From NCBI GenBank assembly GCA_022703505.1, contig JAKLDN010000001.1, positions 219,389 to 283,388 of the forward strand: a stretch of DNA of 64,000 nt, given 5' to 3'. Shown one piece after another: positions 27,832 to 36,182 of the stretch. Below the pieces are notes generated by a model that was not told the origin of the DNA, did no database searches, and saw only the letters and a program-made list of their open reading frames with translations. The position numbers and the translations under genes were made by a program. Position 1 is the stretch's first letter; every line of letters starts with the position of its first letter. Source of the stretch: Spirochaetota bacterium (lineage in GTDB: Bacteria; Spirochaetota; Spirochaetia; Treponematales; UBA12059).

Positions 27832-28623
27832 ATGGGCCCCCTCTCCCTCCTGAAGACGGCCCGGCGACGCCGGATCCTGGAGCGGTCCCCGATCCCGGAG
27901 GAACTCTGGGACTGGGCGCTCAAGGAACACCGGATCTTCCGGAGTCTGGACCCGGAAGACTCCGCCCGCCTCCGGGAGCTCTCCACGATCTTCCTGGCGG
28001 AAAAGGAATTCCGCCCCCTGCCGGGCGCGGTGCTGGACGACCGCACCCGGGTTTCCATAGCCGCCCAGGCCTGCCTGCCCCTGGTCGGACTGGACATCGA
28101 CTGGTATTCCGACTGGACCACCATCCTGGTCACCCCCCGGGAGTACGAGGTCACCCGGCGGGACGTGGACGAGGCCGGGGTGGTCACGGAGTACGACGAC
28201 GAGCTGGCGGGGGAGGTACTCCACCTGGGCCCCGTGGTCCTGTCCCTCGAGGACGTGGAGGACTCGGGCTGGGGGGACGGTTTCAACGTGGTGATCCACG
28301 AGATGGCCCACAAGCTGGACGGCCGGGACGGTTCCTTCGACGGCTGTCCGCCCCTGCGGCGGGACATGGACGGCGAGGCCTGGCGCCTCGCCTTCACGGA
28401 GGCCTACGAGGACCTGCGAGCCAAGGTCGCCCGGGCACCCCGCCGGAGATCCCGGAGGCGGGGACCGCGCATCGACCCCTATGCCGCGGAGTCCCCGGAC
28501 GAGTTCTTCGCCGTGGCCTGCGAGTACTTCTTCGAGAAGCCGATCCTCCTGAAGTCCGAATACCCGGAGGTCTACGGCCAGCTCGTCCGGTTCTTCCGCA
28601 GGGACCCGCTGTCCCGGGATTGA
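27832..28623 (+). CDS. mtfA: MtfA-like zinc peptidase (M90 / DUF980)
   Basis: The motif VVIHEMAHKLD (HExxH) is present, with EFFAVACEYFFEKP at the C-terminus. Confidence 0.8.
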   Translation: MGPLSLLKTARRRRILERSPIPEELWDWALKEHRIFRSLDPEDSARLRELSTIFLAEKEFRPLPGAVLDDRTRVSIAAQACLPLVGLDIDWYSDWTTILVTPREYEVTRRDVDEAGVVTEYDDELAGEVLHLGPVVLSLEDVEDSGWGDGFNVVIHEMAHKLDGRDGSFDGCPPLRRDMDGEAWRLAFTEAYEDLRAKVARAPRRRSRRRGPRIDPYAAESPDEFFAVACEYFFEKPILLKSEYPEVYGQLVRFFRRDPLSRD

Positions 28624-28668
28624 ATCGTGCGGTCCTAGGCCGTCAGCGTAAGGTCCGGCCTCCTTCCG

Positions 28669-29190
28669 TCAGGATTCGGCCGGCGCCCGTATGAACCCCA
28701 GGGCCTGGCGCAGGGCTCCCAGGTGCCAGGCCGTGTGGGCCACGAGGCCGAAGATCCCCGTGGCGAACATCTCGTCCTCCAGAGGCTTCCCGCCCTCGAT
28801 GTACCGACGCAGGTCCGCGATCTCGGACTCCAGGGAGGCCACCAAGTCCGCCCATTCCCCGTCCGTCACGGACCGGACGGCCCAGCTGGAGGCCCAGTCC
28901 GCGGTCGGGTAGGGATTCTCGCCCCGGGAGGCCCGGTTGGCCAGGGACAGGGCGAAGCGCACGTGGTCGACATGGGAGGCGGCCGTCAGGGGATCCCCCG
29001 GGGCCAGGGGCCGGGAGGCCTCCCCGGCGGAGAGGCCCGCGACGGTTCCCAGGAGGCCGCACTCCGGGTCGTTGTCCACGTACCAGGTTCCGGCTCCCCG
29101 GGCCCCCCGGAACCCCTCGTCGAACAGGGCCAGGAGGGCCCTCGTCCAAGCCTCGCGCCCGATGATCGTTCGGTCCGTCGCTCCGTCCAT
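28669..29190 (-). CDS. DinB-family protein
   Basis: The 173-aa ORF has a DinB-like His pattern: SHVDHVRFAL and VAHTAWHLGALRQ. Confidence 0.65.
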   Translation of the reverse strand: MDGATDRTIIGREAWTRALLALFDEGFRGARGAGTWYVDNDPECGLLGTVAGLSAGEASRPLAPGDPLTAASHVDHVRFALSLANRASRGENPYPTADWASSWAVRSVTDGEWADLVASLESEIADLRRYIEGGKPLEDEMFATGIFGLVAHTAWHLGALRQALGFIRAPAES

Positions 29191-29229
29191 TCTCGCACCT
29201 CCCCGTTCCCTGTCTTACGGTTCCGGGGG

Positions 29230-30174
29230 CTAGGCCCCCGTCCGCTCCGTATTCGTAGCCGCCGCGCCGACCCCGGCCGAGGCCGGCGCCGTCCGCTCCG
29301 GGGCGTTCGTGATCCAGAGCCCCGCCAGGATCGCCGCGGCCCCGGCCGCCTTCGGAAGGCTCACGGGCTCCCCGCGGACGAGCACCCCCGCGGCCAGGGC
29401 GATCAGGGGCGTGAGGGCCCCGAAGACCGAGGCCTGGGCGGCCCGGAGCCGCGACAGGCTCAGGTTGACCAGGAAGAAGGCGAGCACCGAGGACAGGATC
29501 CCCAGGTACGCGACCGCGGCCCACGCCTCGGCGCCGGGCCGGATGCCCGGGGCCGCGGGACCGACCGCCAGCCGCTCGGCCAGGGCCGCCAGGCCGAAGA
29601 AGCCGGCCCCGGAGGCCATCATCGCCAGGGTGATCTCCACGGGGCCGTAGAACCGGCTGGCCCGGCGGGAAAACACGTTGTAGAAGGCGGCGCTGGCCAG
29701 GGCGCCCAGGACCAGGAGGACCCCGCCCGGTTCGTCGGCCCCTCCTCCCCCCCCGGCCGCGGCCACCAGGGAGACCCCCGCCACGGACAGGGCCAGCCCG
29801 GCGGTCCGGGCCCCGGAGAGCCTCTCCCGGAGCATCGGCACGGAAAGGGCCGCCACCGCGGCGGGCAGGGCCCCCAGGATCAGGCCCGCGGTGCTCGTCG
29901 AGGTCTCCCGGACCCCGAAGGTCTCGGAGGTGAAGTACAGGATCGGCTGGAAGAGGCACACCAGGACCAGGATGCCCCGGGGCTTGCCCCGGAAGTCGGG
30001 TTTCAGGATCCCGGCCGCGGACAGGGCCAGCAGGGCCGCGGTCGCCAGCCCGAAGCGCAGGGCCAGCAGGGTGAAGGGCGAGAAGGCCTCCAGGGCCGAC
30101 TTGGTCACCAGGAAGGAAAGGCCGAATATCGTGGACCAGGCGATACCGGCGGCATAGGCCGCTCGACTGTTCAT
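29230..30174 (-). CDS. EamA/DMT-family transporter
   Basis: The 314-aa ORF has 10 predicted TM segments arranged as two EamA-like halves. Confidence 0.8.
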   Translation of the reverse strand: MNSRAAYAAGIAWSTIFGLSFLVTKSALEAFSPFTLLALRFGLATAALLALSAAGILKPDFRGKPRGILVLVCLFQPILYFTSETFGVRETSTSTAGLILGALPAAVAALSVPMLRERLSGARTAGLALSVAGVSLVAAAGGGGGADEPGGVLLVLGALASAAFYNVFSRRASRFYGPVEITLAMMASGAGFFGLAALAERLAVGPAAPGIRPGAEAWAAVAYLGILSSVLAFFLVNLSLSRLRAAQASVFGALTPLIALAAGVLVRGEPVSLPKAAGAAAILAGLWITNAPERTAPASAGVGAAATNTERTGA

Positions 30175-30245
30175 GGAAAACCTCCCGACTCGGAGGTGAA
30201 CATACTATCCGACCGTGTCAGGATATGTCATACTTTTCGGGAATC

Positions 30246-31274
30246 ATGAACCGCCTGGACCGCGTCCTGTCCCTCCTCCAGCTCCTCCGGCAGGGGCGTC
30301 CCGTGTCCGCCTCCGTCCTGGCCCGGCGGTTCGGGGTATCCGTCCGCACGGTCTACCGGGACCTGGAGGCCCTGGCCGGACTGGGCCTTCCCGTCGAACC
30401 GGAGATGGGCAGGCGGGGCGGCTTTCGCCTCGGTCCGGGGTACTTCCTACCCCCTGTCACCCTCAACCCCGAGGAGGCGGTCAGCCTGCTCCTGGGCCTG
30501 TCCCTCGGCCGGGCTCTCCGGGTCCTCCCCTTCCCCGAGGGGACGGACGAGGCCGAGCGCAAACTGCTCGCGGTCCTCCCCGAGGAAACCCGACGGATCC
30601 TGGAGCGGGCGTCCCGGTTCATCGGCTTCGAGAAGGTCCCGCCGGACCTCCTGCATCCCGAGCGGGGCGCGCCGCAGTCCGTCGGCCAGGCCGTGGAGGA
30701 GGAGTCCCGGATCGTGGGCCGCTTCCTCCGGGCCGTCCTGTCCCGGTCCCGGCTCCGGATCTCCTACCGGTCCCCCTACCGGGACGGGACGGAACCCCTG
30801 CGGGAGATCGAGCCCCGGGGCATCCTGTGGGACCGGGACCGGTGGTACCTCGTGGGGGACGTCGAAGTCCGGTCCGGGGAACCCCGCCTGTGGCGGTCCG
30901 ACCGGGTCGTCGAGATGAGGCCCGGGCCGGCCATCCGGCCCACCTCCTCGGAGTTCGACGTGTCCGACCTGCTGGGACGGCGGTGGCTCGGAAAGGCCAT
31001 GGAACGGTGGCGGGCGGAACACCCGGTGCGGATAGCCCTGGGGGAGGCCCAGGCGGAGGCGCTGCGACGGGACTGGTACTACGGCCATGCCCTCTTCGAG
31101 GAGGGCCCGGACGGCCGGACCGTCCTGACCGTGGGGGAGGGGGAGTACGAGCGGATCGCTGCCTTCCTGCGCTGGCTGGGGCCCGGGGCCGAACTCCTGG
31201 AGCCCGCCGGCTGGCGCGACCGCTTCGCCGGGGAACTGGAGGCCATGGCGGAGGCCTACCGCCGGCCCGGCTGA
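30246..31274 (+). CDS. HTH-WYL domain transcriptional regulator (YafY family)
   Basis: MNRLDRVLSLLQLLRQGRPVSASVLARRFGVSVRTVYRDLEAL is a DeoR-type HTH. A downstream WYL-like segment reads RDRWYLVG. The track ORF starts 21 nt earlier, at 30225. Confidence 0.8.
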   Translation: MNRLDRVLSLLQLLRQGRPVSASVLARRFGVSVRTVYRDLEALAGLGLPVEPEMGRRGGFRLGPGYFLPPVTLNPEEAVSLLLGLSLGRALRVLPFPEGTDEAERKLLAVLPEETRRILERASRFIGFEKVPPDLLHPERGAPQSVGQAVEEESRIVGRFLRAVLSRSRLRISYRSPYRDGTEPLREIEPRGILWDRDRWYLVGDVEVRSGEPRLWRSDRVVEMRPGPAIRPTSSEFDVSDLLGRRWLGKAMERWRAEHPVRIALGEAQAEALRRDWYYGHALFEEGPDGRTVLTVGEGEYERIAAFLRWLGPGAELLEPAGWRDRFAGELEAMAEAYRRPG

Positions 31275-31337
31275 TGCCTCGGGATTTCCCCGGAACGCCC
31301 CTGGCCTGCCGCTCCCGAGAGAGATATACTCCCCGCC

Positions 31338-32417
31338 ATGGGCCTGGAATCCTGTTCCGTCGTCGTGAATCCCAGCCGGACGCCCCACCTGGTCCGGCGC
31401 CTCCTCGGGCTCCTGGAAAGGCACGGGGCCGGCCGGGTCGTCGTCACCCGGGACCGGGAACACTTCATCCGGGAGATCGAGGACTTCGCCGCGGGCCCCT
31501 TCCGGAACCTCATCGTCTGGGGCGGGGACGGATCGGCCCACGAGGCCCAGAACGCCCTGGTGAAGTCCGGCTGCTCCGGCAAGAACGTGGGGTTCCTCCG
31601 GGGAGGCTCCGGGAACGGGATCCAGGACTCCTACGAGGTGCCCTTCCCGATCGCCCGGCAGGTTGCCGCCTTCGCGGAGAGCGCGGTCATGGACTACCGC
31701 ATCGCCGTGGACCTCCTGGCCATCGACGACGGAAGCGGGGGCGCCCCCGTGTACGGCCAACTCTGCGGCCTGGGCTTCGACGTCCGGGTCCTGGAGCGCC
31801 GGGCGCGGCACCGGTCCCGGAAGACCGGGTCGGCCCGCCCGGGCCTGGCCAACTACGTCCGCTCGGGGCTCGGGCTCGTGGCCACGGAACCTCTCTCGGA
31901 CGGCCGGACCTACCGCCTGGACCTGGAGCGCGGCAAGTTCGCCCTGCGCGGCAAGCGCACCAACGCGGAGTTCCCCTTCGAGCGGCTTTCCCTGGACGCG
32001 GATCCCGTGATGATCGAGATGGGGACCCGGCCGTACTACGGGGGCCTGTTCAAGGTCTGCCCCGACGTGGTCTGCAACGACGGCTTCTTGGACCTCTACC
32101 TCTTCAATTTCCAGAACAAGCTGGACGTCCTGCGCAACGCGGTCTCCCTGTGGAACGGCTGGCACTCCCGGATCAATTCCCGCTTCGCCCGGAGATCCAA
32201 GCCCCTCATCGAGCGTTTCGAGATCAAGAGGGTATCCGTCTCCTCGTCGGAACCCTTCCTGTGGCACGTGGACGGGGAGGTACGGCTCTGCGAGCCCCGG
32301 AAGGACGGGCCGGCCCGGCTGGACATCGGCGTCCTCCCGGGGGCCTTGAGCTTCCTGGTGCCCGCGGGGTTCTGGCGCAAGTTCCACCCCTACGACGAAC
32401 GCCGCGATCCCTCCTGA
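31338..32417 (+). CDS. diacylglycerol-kinase catalytic-domain (YegS/LCB5-like) lipid kinase
   Basis: VVVNPSR, WGGDGSAHEA and GGSGNG are characteristic DAGK_cat motifs. Confidence 0.75.
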   Translation: MGLESCSVVVNPSRTPHLVRRLLGLLERHGAGRVVVTRDREHFIREIEDFAAGPFRNLIVWGGDGSAHEAQNALVKSGCSGKNVGFLRGGSGNGIQDSYEVPFPIARQVAAFAESAVMDYRIAVDLLAIDDGSGGAPVYGQLCGLGFDVRVLERRARHRSRKTGSARPGLANYVRSGLGLVATEPLSDGRTYRLDLERGKFALRGKRTNAEFPFERLSLDADPVMIEMGTRPYYGGLFKVCPDVVCNDGFLDLYLFNFQNKLDVLRNAVSLWNGWHSRINSRFARRSKPLIERFEIKRVSVSSSEPFLWHVDGEVRLCEPRKDGPARLDIGVLPGALSFLVPAGFWRKFHPYDERRDPS

Positions 32418-32491
32418 TTCCCCGTCGGCTTTCCGTCCCTCCGTCCACCGGTTTCCCTGCCCTCGCGCCCGCCTGGGATTCACGTCTCCGC

Positions 32492-32520
32492 TTGACCTTA
32501 TTTCGATATTTCGATATTAT
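32492..32520 (+). promoter_or_regulatory. sigma70 promoter with an overlapping AT-rich repeat/palindrome (candidate SdpR operator)
   Basis: TTGACC (32492-32497), a 17-nt spacer, then TATTAT (32515-32520). TTCGATAT occurs twice across the spacer and -10, and a TTCGAA palindrome follows at 32520-32525. Confidence 0.6.
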
Positions 32521-32550
32521 TCGAATTGTCGAACAATAGGAGGCGCCGTA

Positions 32551-32832
32551 GTGAACGACGTTTTCAAGGCCCTCTCCGATCCGACCCGGAGGGAGATCCT
32601 CCAGATGCTGAAGCGGCAAAGCCTGAGCGCGGGGCAGATAGCCTCCGCCTTCGACATCGGCAAGCCGGCCATCAGCCACCACCTGAGCCTTTTAAAGGCT
32701 TCGGACCTGGTGCAGGCGGAGCGGGACGGGCAGAACATCATCTATTCCCTCAACACCACCGTGTTCCAGGACGTGCTCGCCTGGGTATACGAGATGCGGG
32801 GAGCCAAGGAGAAAACCGATGAAGACGAGTAA
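32551..32832 (+). CDS. ArsR-family repressor, SdpR-like
   Basis: The GTG start follows AGGAGG. The wHTH reads FKALSDPTRREILQMLK ... GQIASAFDIGKPAISHHLSLLK. Confidence 0.85.
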   Translation: MNDVFKALSDPTRREILQMLKRQSLSAGQIASAFDIGKPAISHHLSLLKASDLVQAERDGQNIIYSLNTTVFQDVLAWVYEMRGAKEKTDEDE

Positions 32833-33520
32833 ATTCCTGCTGGCCATCGCGATCCTGTCCCTGGCCGGGACCGCCGTCGCCTATTTCTTCCTGCCGGAAA
32901 CCATCCCCATGCACTGGAACTTCCAGGGCGAGGTGGACTCCTGGGGGCCGCGGTGGAGCATCCTGGCCCTGGGCTGCCTGCCCCTGGGCGTCGCCCTCCT
33001 GATGGCCTGGCTCCCCCGGATCGACCCCCGGCGGGAAGCCTACGCCAAGCACGCGAAGACCTACGAGATCCTCCAGGTGATCCTCGTCCTCATGATGACG
33101 GGGCTGGTCTGGATCACCGTGGCCGCGGCCCTGGGCTCGACGCTGGACGTCAGCCTGGCCGTCCGCATCCTGATCGGGGCCCTCTTCATCGCGATGGGGA
33201 ACTACCTGGGCCGCCTCAAGCGCAACTACTTCGTGGGCATCAAGACCCCCTGGGCCCTGGCGGACGACGAGGTCTGGCGCCTCACCCACCGCCGGGGAGC
33301 CCTGGTCTTCGTGATCATGGGCGCTTCCTTCCTGCTCTCCCTGGCCTTCCGGCCGGGTTGGATCGTGGGAGCCGTGACCCTGGTTCCGACCATCCTGGGG
33401 GTCGCGTACGTGTTCGTGTACTCCTGGTGGGTCTGGAAAAAGCTGCGGGGGAACGAGAAGCCCGTCATCCCGGCGGCCTCCGGGCCCGAAGTCGGCAAGG
33501 ACAAGGAGGGATCCTCATGA
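32819..33520 (+). CDS. SdpI/YhfL-family membrane protein (DUF1648 plus SdpI)
   Basis: LPETIPMHWNFQGEVDSWGPRW and GNYLGRLKRNYFVGIKTPW are present. It overlaps the upstream gene by 14 nt. Confidence 0.8.
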   Translation: MKTSKFLLAIAILSLAGTAVAYFFLPETIPMHWNFQGEVDSWGPRWSILALGCLPLGVALLMAWLPRIDPRREAYAKHAKTYEILQVILVLMMTGLVWITVAAALGSTLDVSLAVRILIGALFIAMGNYLGRLKRNYFVGIKTPWALADDEVWRLTHRRGALVFVIMGASFLLSLAFRPGWIVGAVTLVPTILGVAYVFVYSWWVWKKLRGNEKPVIPAASGPEVGKDKEGSS

Positions 33521-34431
33521 GTCTGCACTTCACGAAGCGGGGCTGGGCCTACCTAGCCCTGGAGTTCGCGTTCGCGTGGGGAGCCTGCGGCATAGCCTGG
33601 GCCGCGGGCCTCCGCTCGGGCTCCCCGGCGTTCCTGGTGTTCGCGTCCTTCTTCATGCTGACCCCCCTCGCCACGGCGTTGATCGTATCGGCGGCGCGGC
33701 CTTCCGGCCTTCCCCTGAAGGAGGTCCTGGCCCTGCGGTTCCGGATGGGCTGGAAGAATTTCTTCCTTTCCTGGCTCCTCTTCCCGGCCCTGGCCCTGCT
33801 GACCCTGGGCATCTCCCTCCTCCTGCCCGGGGTCCGCTATGACCCTTCCATGTCCCAGCTGATCGAACGGCTGACCAAGGGCATGAGCCCCGAGAAGGTC
33901 GCGGAGCTCCGGGAGATGGCCGGGGCCGCGCCGCCCCTCCTCCTGACCCTGGTCCAGGGCCTCGCGGCGGGCATCTCGATCAACGCCGTCTTCGGGTTCG
34001 GGGAGGAGGCCGGGTGGAGGGGCTTCCTGGTGAAGGAACTCCGGGGTTCCTCCTTCTGGGGCGCATCGGTCTTCACCGGCGCCGTCTGGGGTCTCTGGCA
34101 CGCGCCGCTCATCCTGCAGGGGCACAATTACCCCGAGCACCGGGTCCTCGGGGTCTTCCTGATGATCCTGTTCTGCGTCCTGCTGTCCCCGGTCTTCCTG
34201 TACATCCGCCTCCGCTCGAAGTCCGCCGTGGCCGCCGCCGTCGCCCACGGGAGCATGAACGCCACGGCGGGCCTTTCCATCATGCCCCTGGCCGGCGGCA
34301 ACGACCTGACCGTCGGCATGACGGGCCTGGCGGGATTCGTCGCGGCCGCCGGCCTGCTGGCGGCGCTGTACCTCCTGGACCGAAGGGCGAAGGAGCCGCT
34401 GATGGCTTCCCGGCTCGGGGAGGACGCGTAG
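33517..34431 (+). CDS. CPBP (CAAX/Abi) family intramembrane metalloprotease
   Basis: There is an ATGA overlap with the SdpI gene. Motif 1 is GEEAGWRGF, motif 2 is WGLWH, and a distal His lies in AVAHGSMN. Confidence 0.8.
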   Translation: MSLHFTKRGWAYLALEFAFAWGACGIAWAAGLRSGSPAFLVFASFFMLTPLATALIVSAARPSGLPLKEVLALRFRMGWKNFFLSWLLFPALALLTLGISLLLPGVRYDPSMSQLIERLTKGMSPEKVAELREMAGAAPPLLLTLVQGLAAGISINAVFGFGEEAGWRGFLVKELRGSSFWGASVFTGAVWGLWHAPLILQGHNYPEHRVLGVFLMILFCVLLSPVFLYIRLRSKSAVAAAVAHGSMNATAGLSIMPLAGGNDLTVGMTGLAGFVAAAGLLAALYLLDRRAKEPLMASRLGEDA

Positions 34432-34538
34432 TCCGCCCCCGGAGCCCGGGCCGCGCCGAACCGGGCGGACGGGGCCGCTGCTCCGGGCCGTACCACCGTG
34501 CGGCGATGCAGGATGCCTGCATCCGACATCCGGCAATG

Positions 34539-34566
34539 TTGACAATTTAGATATAATTGCTACAAT
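34539..34566 (+). promoter_or_regulatory. near-consensus sigma70 promoter
   Basis: TTGACA (34539-34544), a 16-nt spacer, then TACAAT (34561-34566). It is followed by a 10-bp-stem 5'UTR hairpin ACGCCCGGTC-CC-GGACCGGGCGT. Confidence 0.6.
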
Positions 34567-34623
34567 GGAACGACGCCCGGTCCCGGACCGGGCGTACTCC
34601 TTAACCGCCGAGGCCGCCGAAGC

Positions 34624-36162
34624 ATGAAGGATCCAGGGGCCGTTTCCAAGGGAACCCGCGAGCAGGCCCTGCGCTATATCGACTACGCCTCCCTGCAGGA
34701 ACGCTTCGACGCCCTGGTGCGCGGCGGCTCGGACCTGAAGACCCGCCGGAAATTCATCACCGACGTCTTCCTGGCCAAGAACCGGGCCATCCGGGACCTG
34801 GATTTCCGCACCCTGGATCCCCGGTCCATCGAGGACGACTACCTCCGGCCCCGGAAGGACTTGAGCTCCTTCGTACTGCGGAACTGGGTGAACGGGGTCT
34901 TCCTCCCATCCCTGGAGCCGGACCTGACGGGGGGACTCTTCCTCTTCGGCCTGGGACGGATGTTCTCGGCGTACAACGACGTGGGGGTCCAGTCCTGTAC
35001 CGACGCGGACCTGAATTTCGTGATCCAGGACGAGGTGCCCCCGGCCGGACGGAAGGTCCTAGAGACGGAGCTCCGGAAACTCCGGAAGGAAGCCTTCGAC
35101 CAGTTCGGCATCCTCATCGAGATCCACCCGGAATACACCATCCAGGACGCGAGCGCCGTCTCCGCCTCCCTGACCCATCCGGATCCGGAGCGGCGTCTCG
35201 GAAGCGCCCTCTTCTACAAGAGCAACGAGAAGAGCATCTTCGTATTCAAGGACCACCCGGAGCTCCGGGCGCGGGTGTTTTCCAAGGTGAGCGCCTTGCC
35301 GGACTCCTGCCTCTTCGAGCACTTCCTGGGTCTCGGGAGCGCCAAGAACTCCTTCCTGAAGATCCGGATGGACCGGACCCCCCTCACGGTCCTGGAGGAA
35401 TACACCTGCGAGCAGATCCAGACCCGGGCCGTCATCGGATCCCGGGCCTTCGGCCAGTACTGCTTCAAGACCCTCCGGAAGGTCCCCTTCGCCTCCCCGC
35501 CGGTCTGGTACTTCTCCATGAAGTACTTCGTCAACCGGGTCTACGACTACGTCTGCGCCATGCGGAACATGGGGTACGGGCTCCCGCAGATCGGCTTCGA
35601 CTCCGAGGATTCCACGGGAAGCCCCGATCCGGACTACCTCTTCCTGCGCAACGCCCACAAGCTCATGCTCTATCTCCAGGAGCTCATCCAGCTGTCCATG
35701 GAGTCCTTCGGGATGGAGTGCGACTACTCCTACATCTCCCGGGCGAGGTTCCTGAAGTTCATGGAGATCGACGGGGACAAGTTCCGCAAGAATTTCCAGG
35801 AACTCGTGCTGGGAGGGAAGCTCCTGCCTCCGACAGCCCGGGAAAAGTTCCTGCGCCTCAAGCGCAAGATCGAGGAGAAGTCCCGGGACCGGATCGTGCA
35901 CTGCGACAAGAAGGACCTGGAAGCCTTCCCGGAGGGCTTCAAGTACGAGACGATCGACCGGGACTCCGCTCGCCGCAGGATCTGGGTGCCCTATTCCTGG
36001 GCGGACCTGGGATTCTTCGTGTTCAACGTGATCGCCGCCCGGATCGGCCAGATCGTGGACTCCCGGCTGGTGCCGCCCCTCGCGCGCTTGGACGCCCGGG
36101 CCGGCGCCCCGGAGCCCGAGGCCGGAAGTCCCGCCCGGAAACGCGCCCGGCGTTCGGCCTAG
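34624..36162 (+). CDS. putative nucleotidyltransferase (GlnE/GlnD/DUF294-like Pol-beta fold) with a large helical C-terminal region
   Basis: FGLGRMFSAYNDVGVQSCTDADLNFVI resembles the hG[GS]x(9-13)DxD NTase signature, as in GlnE (GKLGGRELNxxSDIDL). No other domain was recognised. Confidence 0.6.
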   Translation: MKDPGAVSKGTREQALRYIDYASLQERFDALVRGGSDLKTRRKFITDVFLAKNRAIRDLDFRTLDPRSIEDDYLRPRKDLSSFVLRNWVNGVFLPSLEPDLTGGLFLFGLGRMFSAYNDVGVQSCTDADLNFVIQDEVPPAGRKVLETELRKLRKEAFDQFGILIEIHPEYTIQDASAVSASLTHPDPERRLGSALFYKSNEKSIFVFKDHPELRARVFSKVSALPDSCLFEHFLGLGSAKNSFLKIRMDRTPLTVLEEYTCEQIQTRAVIGSRAFGQYCFKTLRKVPFASPPVWYFSMKYFVNRVYDYVCAMRNMGYGLPQIGFDSEDSTGSPDPDYLFLRNAHKLMLYLQELIQLSMESFGMECDYSYISRARFLKFMEIDGDKFRKNFQELVLGGKLLPPTAREKFLRLKRKIEEKSRDRIVHCDKKDLEAFPEGFKYETIDRDSARRRIWVPYSWADLGFFVFNVIAARIGQIVDSRLVPPLARLDARAGAPEPEAGSPARKRARRSA

Positions 36163-36182
36163 GAGCCTGTCGGACCTGCTAG
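36159..36182. mobile_element. remnant of a CTAG hairpin element (16 nt between two CTAGs)
   Basis: CTAG-GAGCCTGTCGGACCTG-CTAG matches the first 20 nt of the 62045 element. Both CTAGs serve as stop codons of the convergent genes. Confidence 0.7.

Noticed and set aside
30225-30245. The track start (ATG 30225, MSYFSGI...) for the WYL regulator.
   Set aside because: YafY-type regulators begin directly with the HTH (MNRLDR..). The internal ATG at 30246 gives that N-terminus. The 21-nt difference is unresolved without experimental data.
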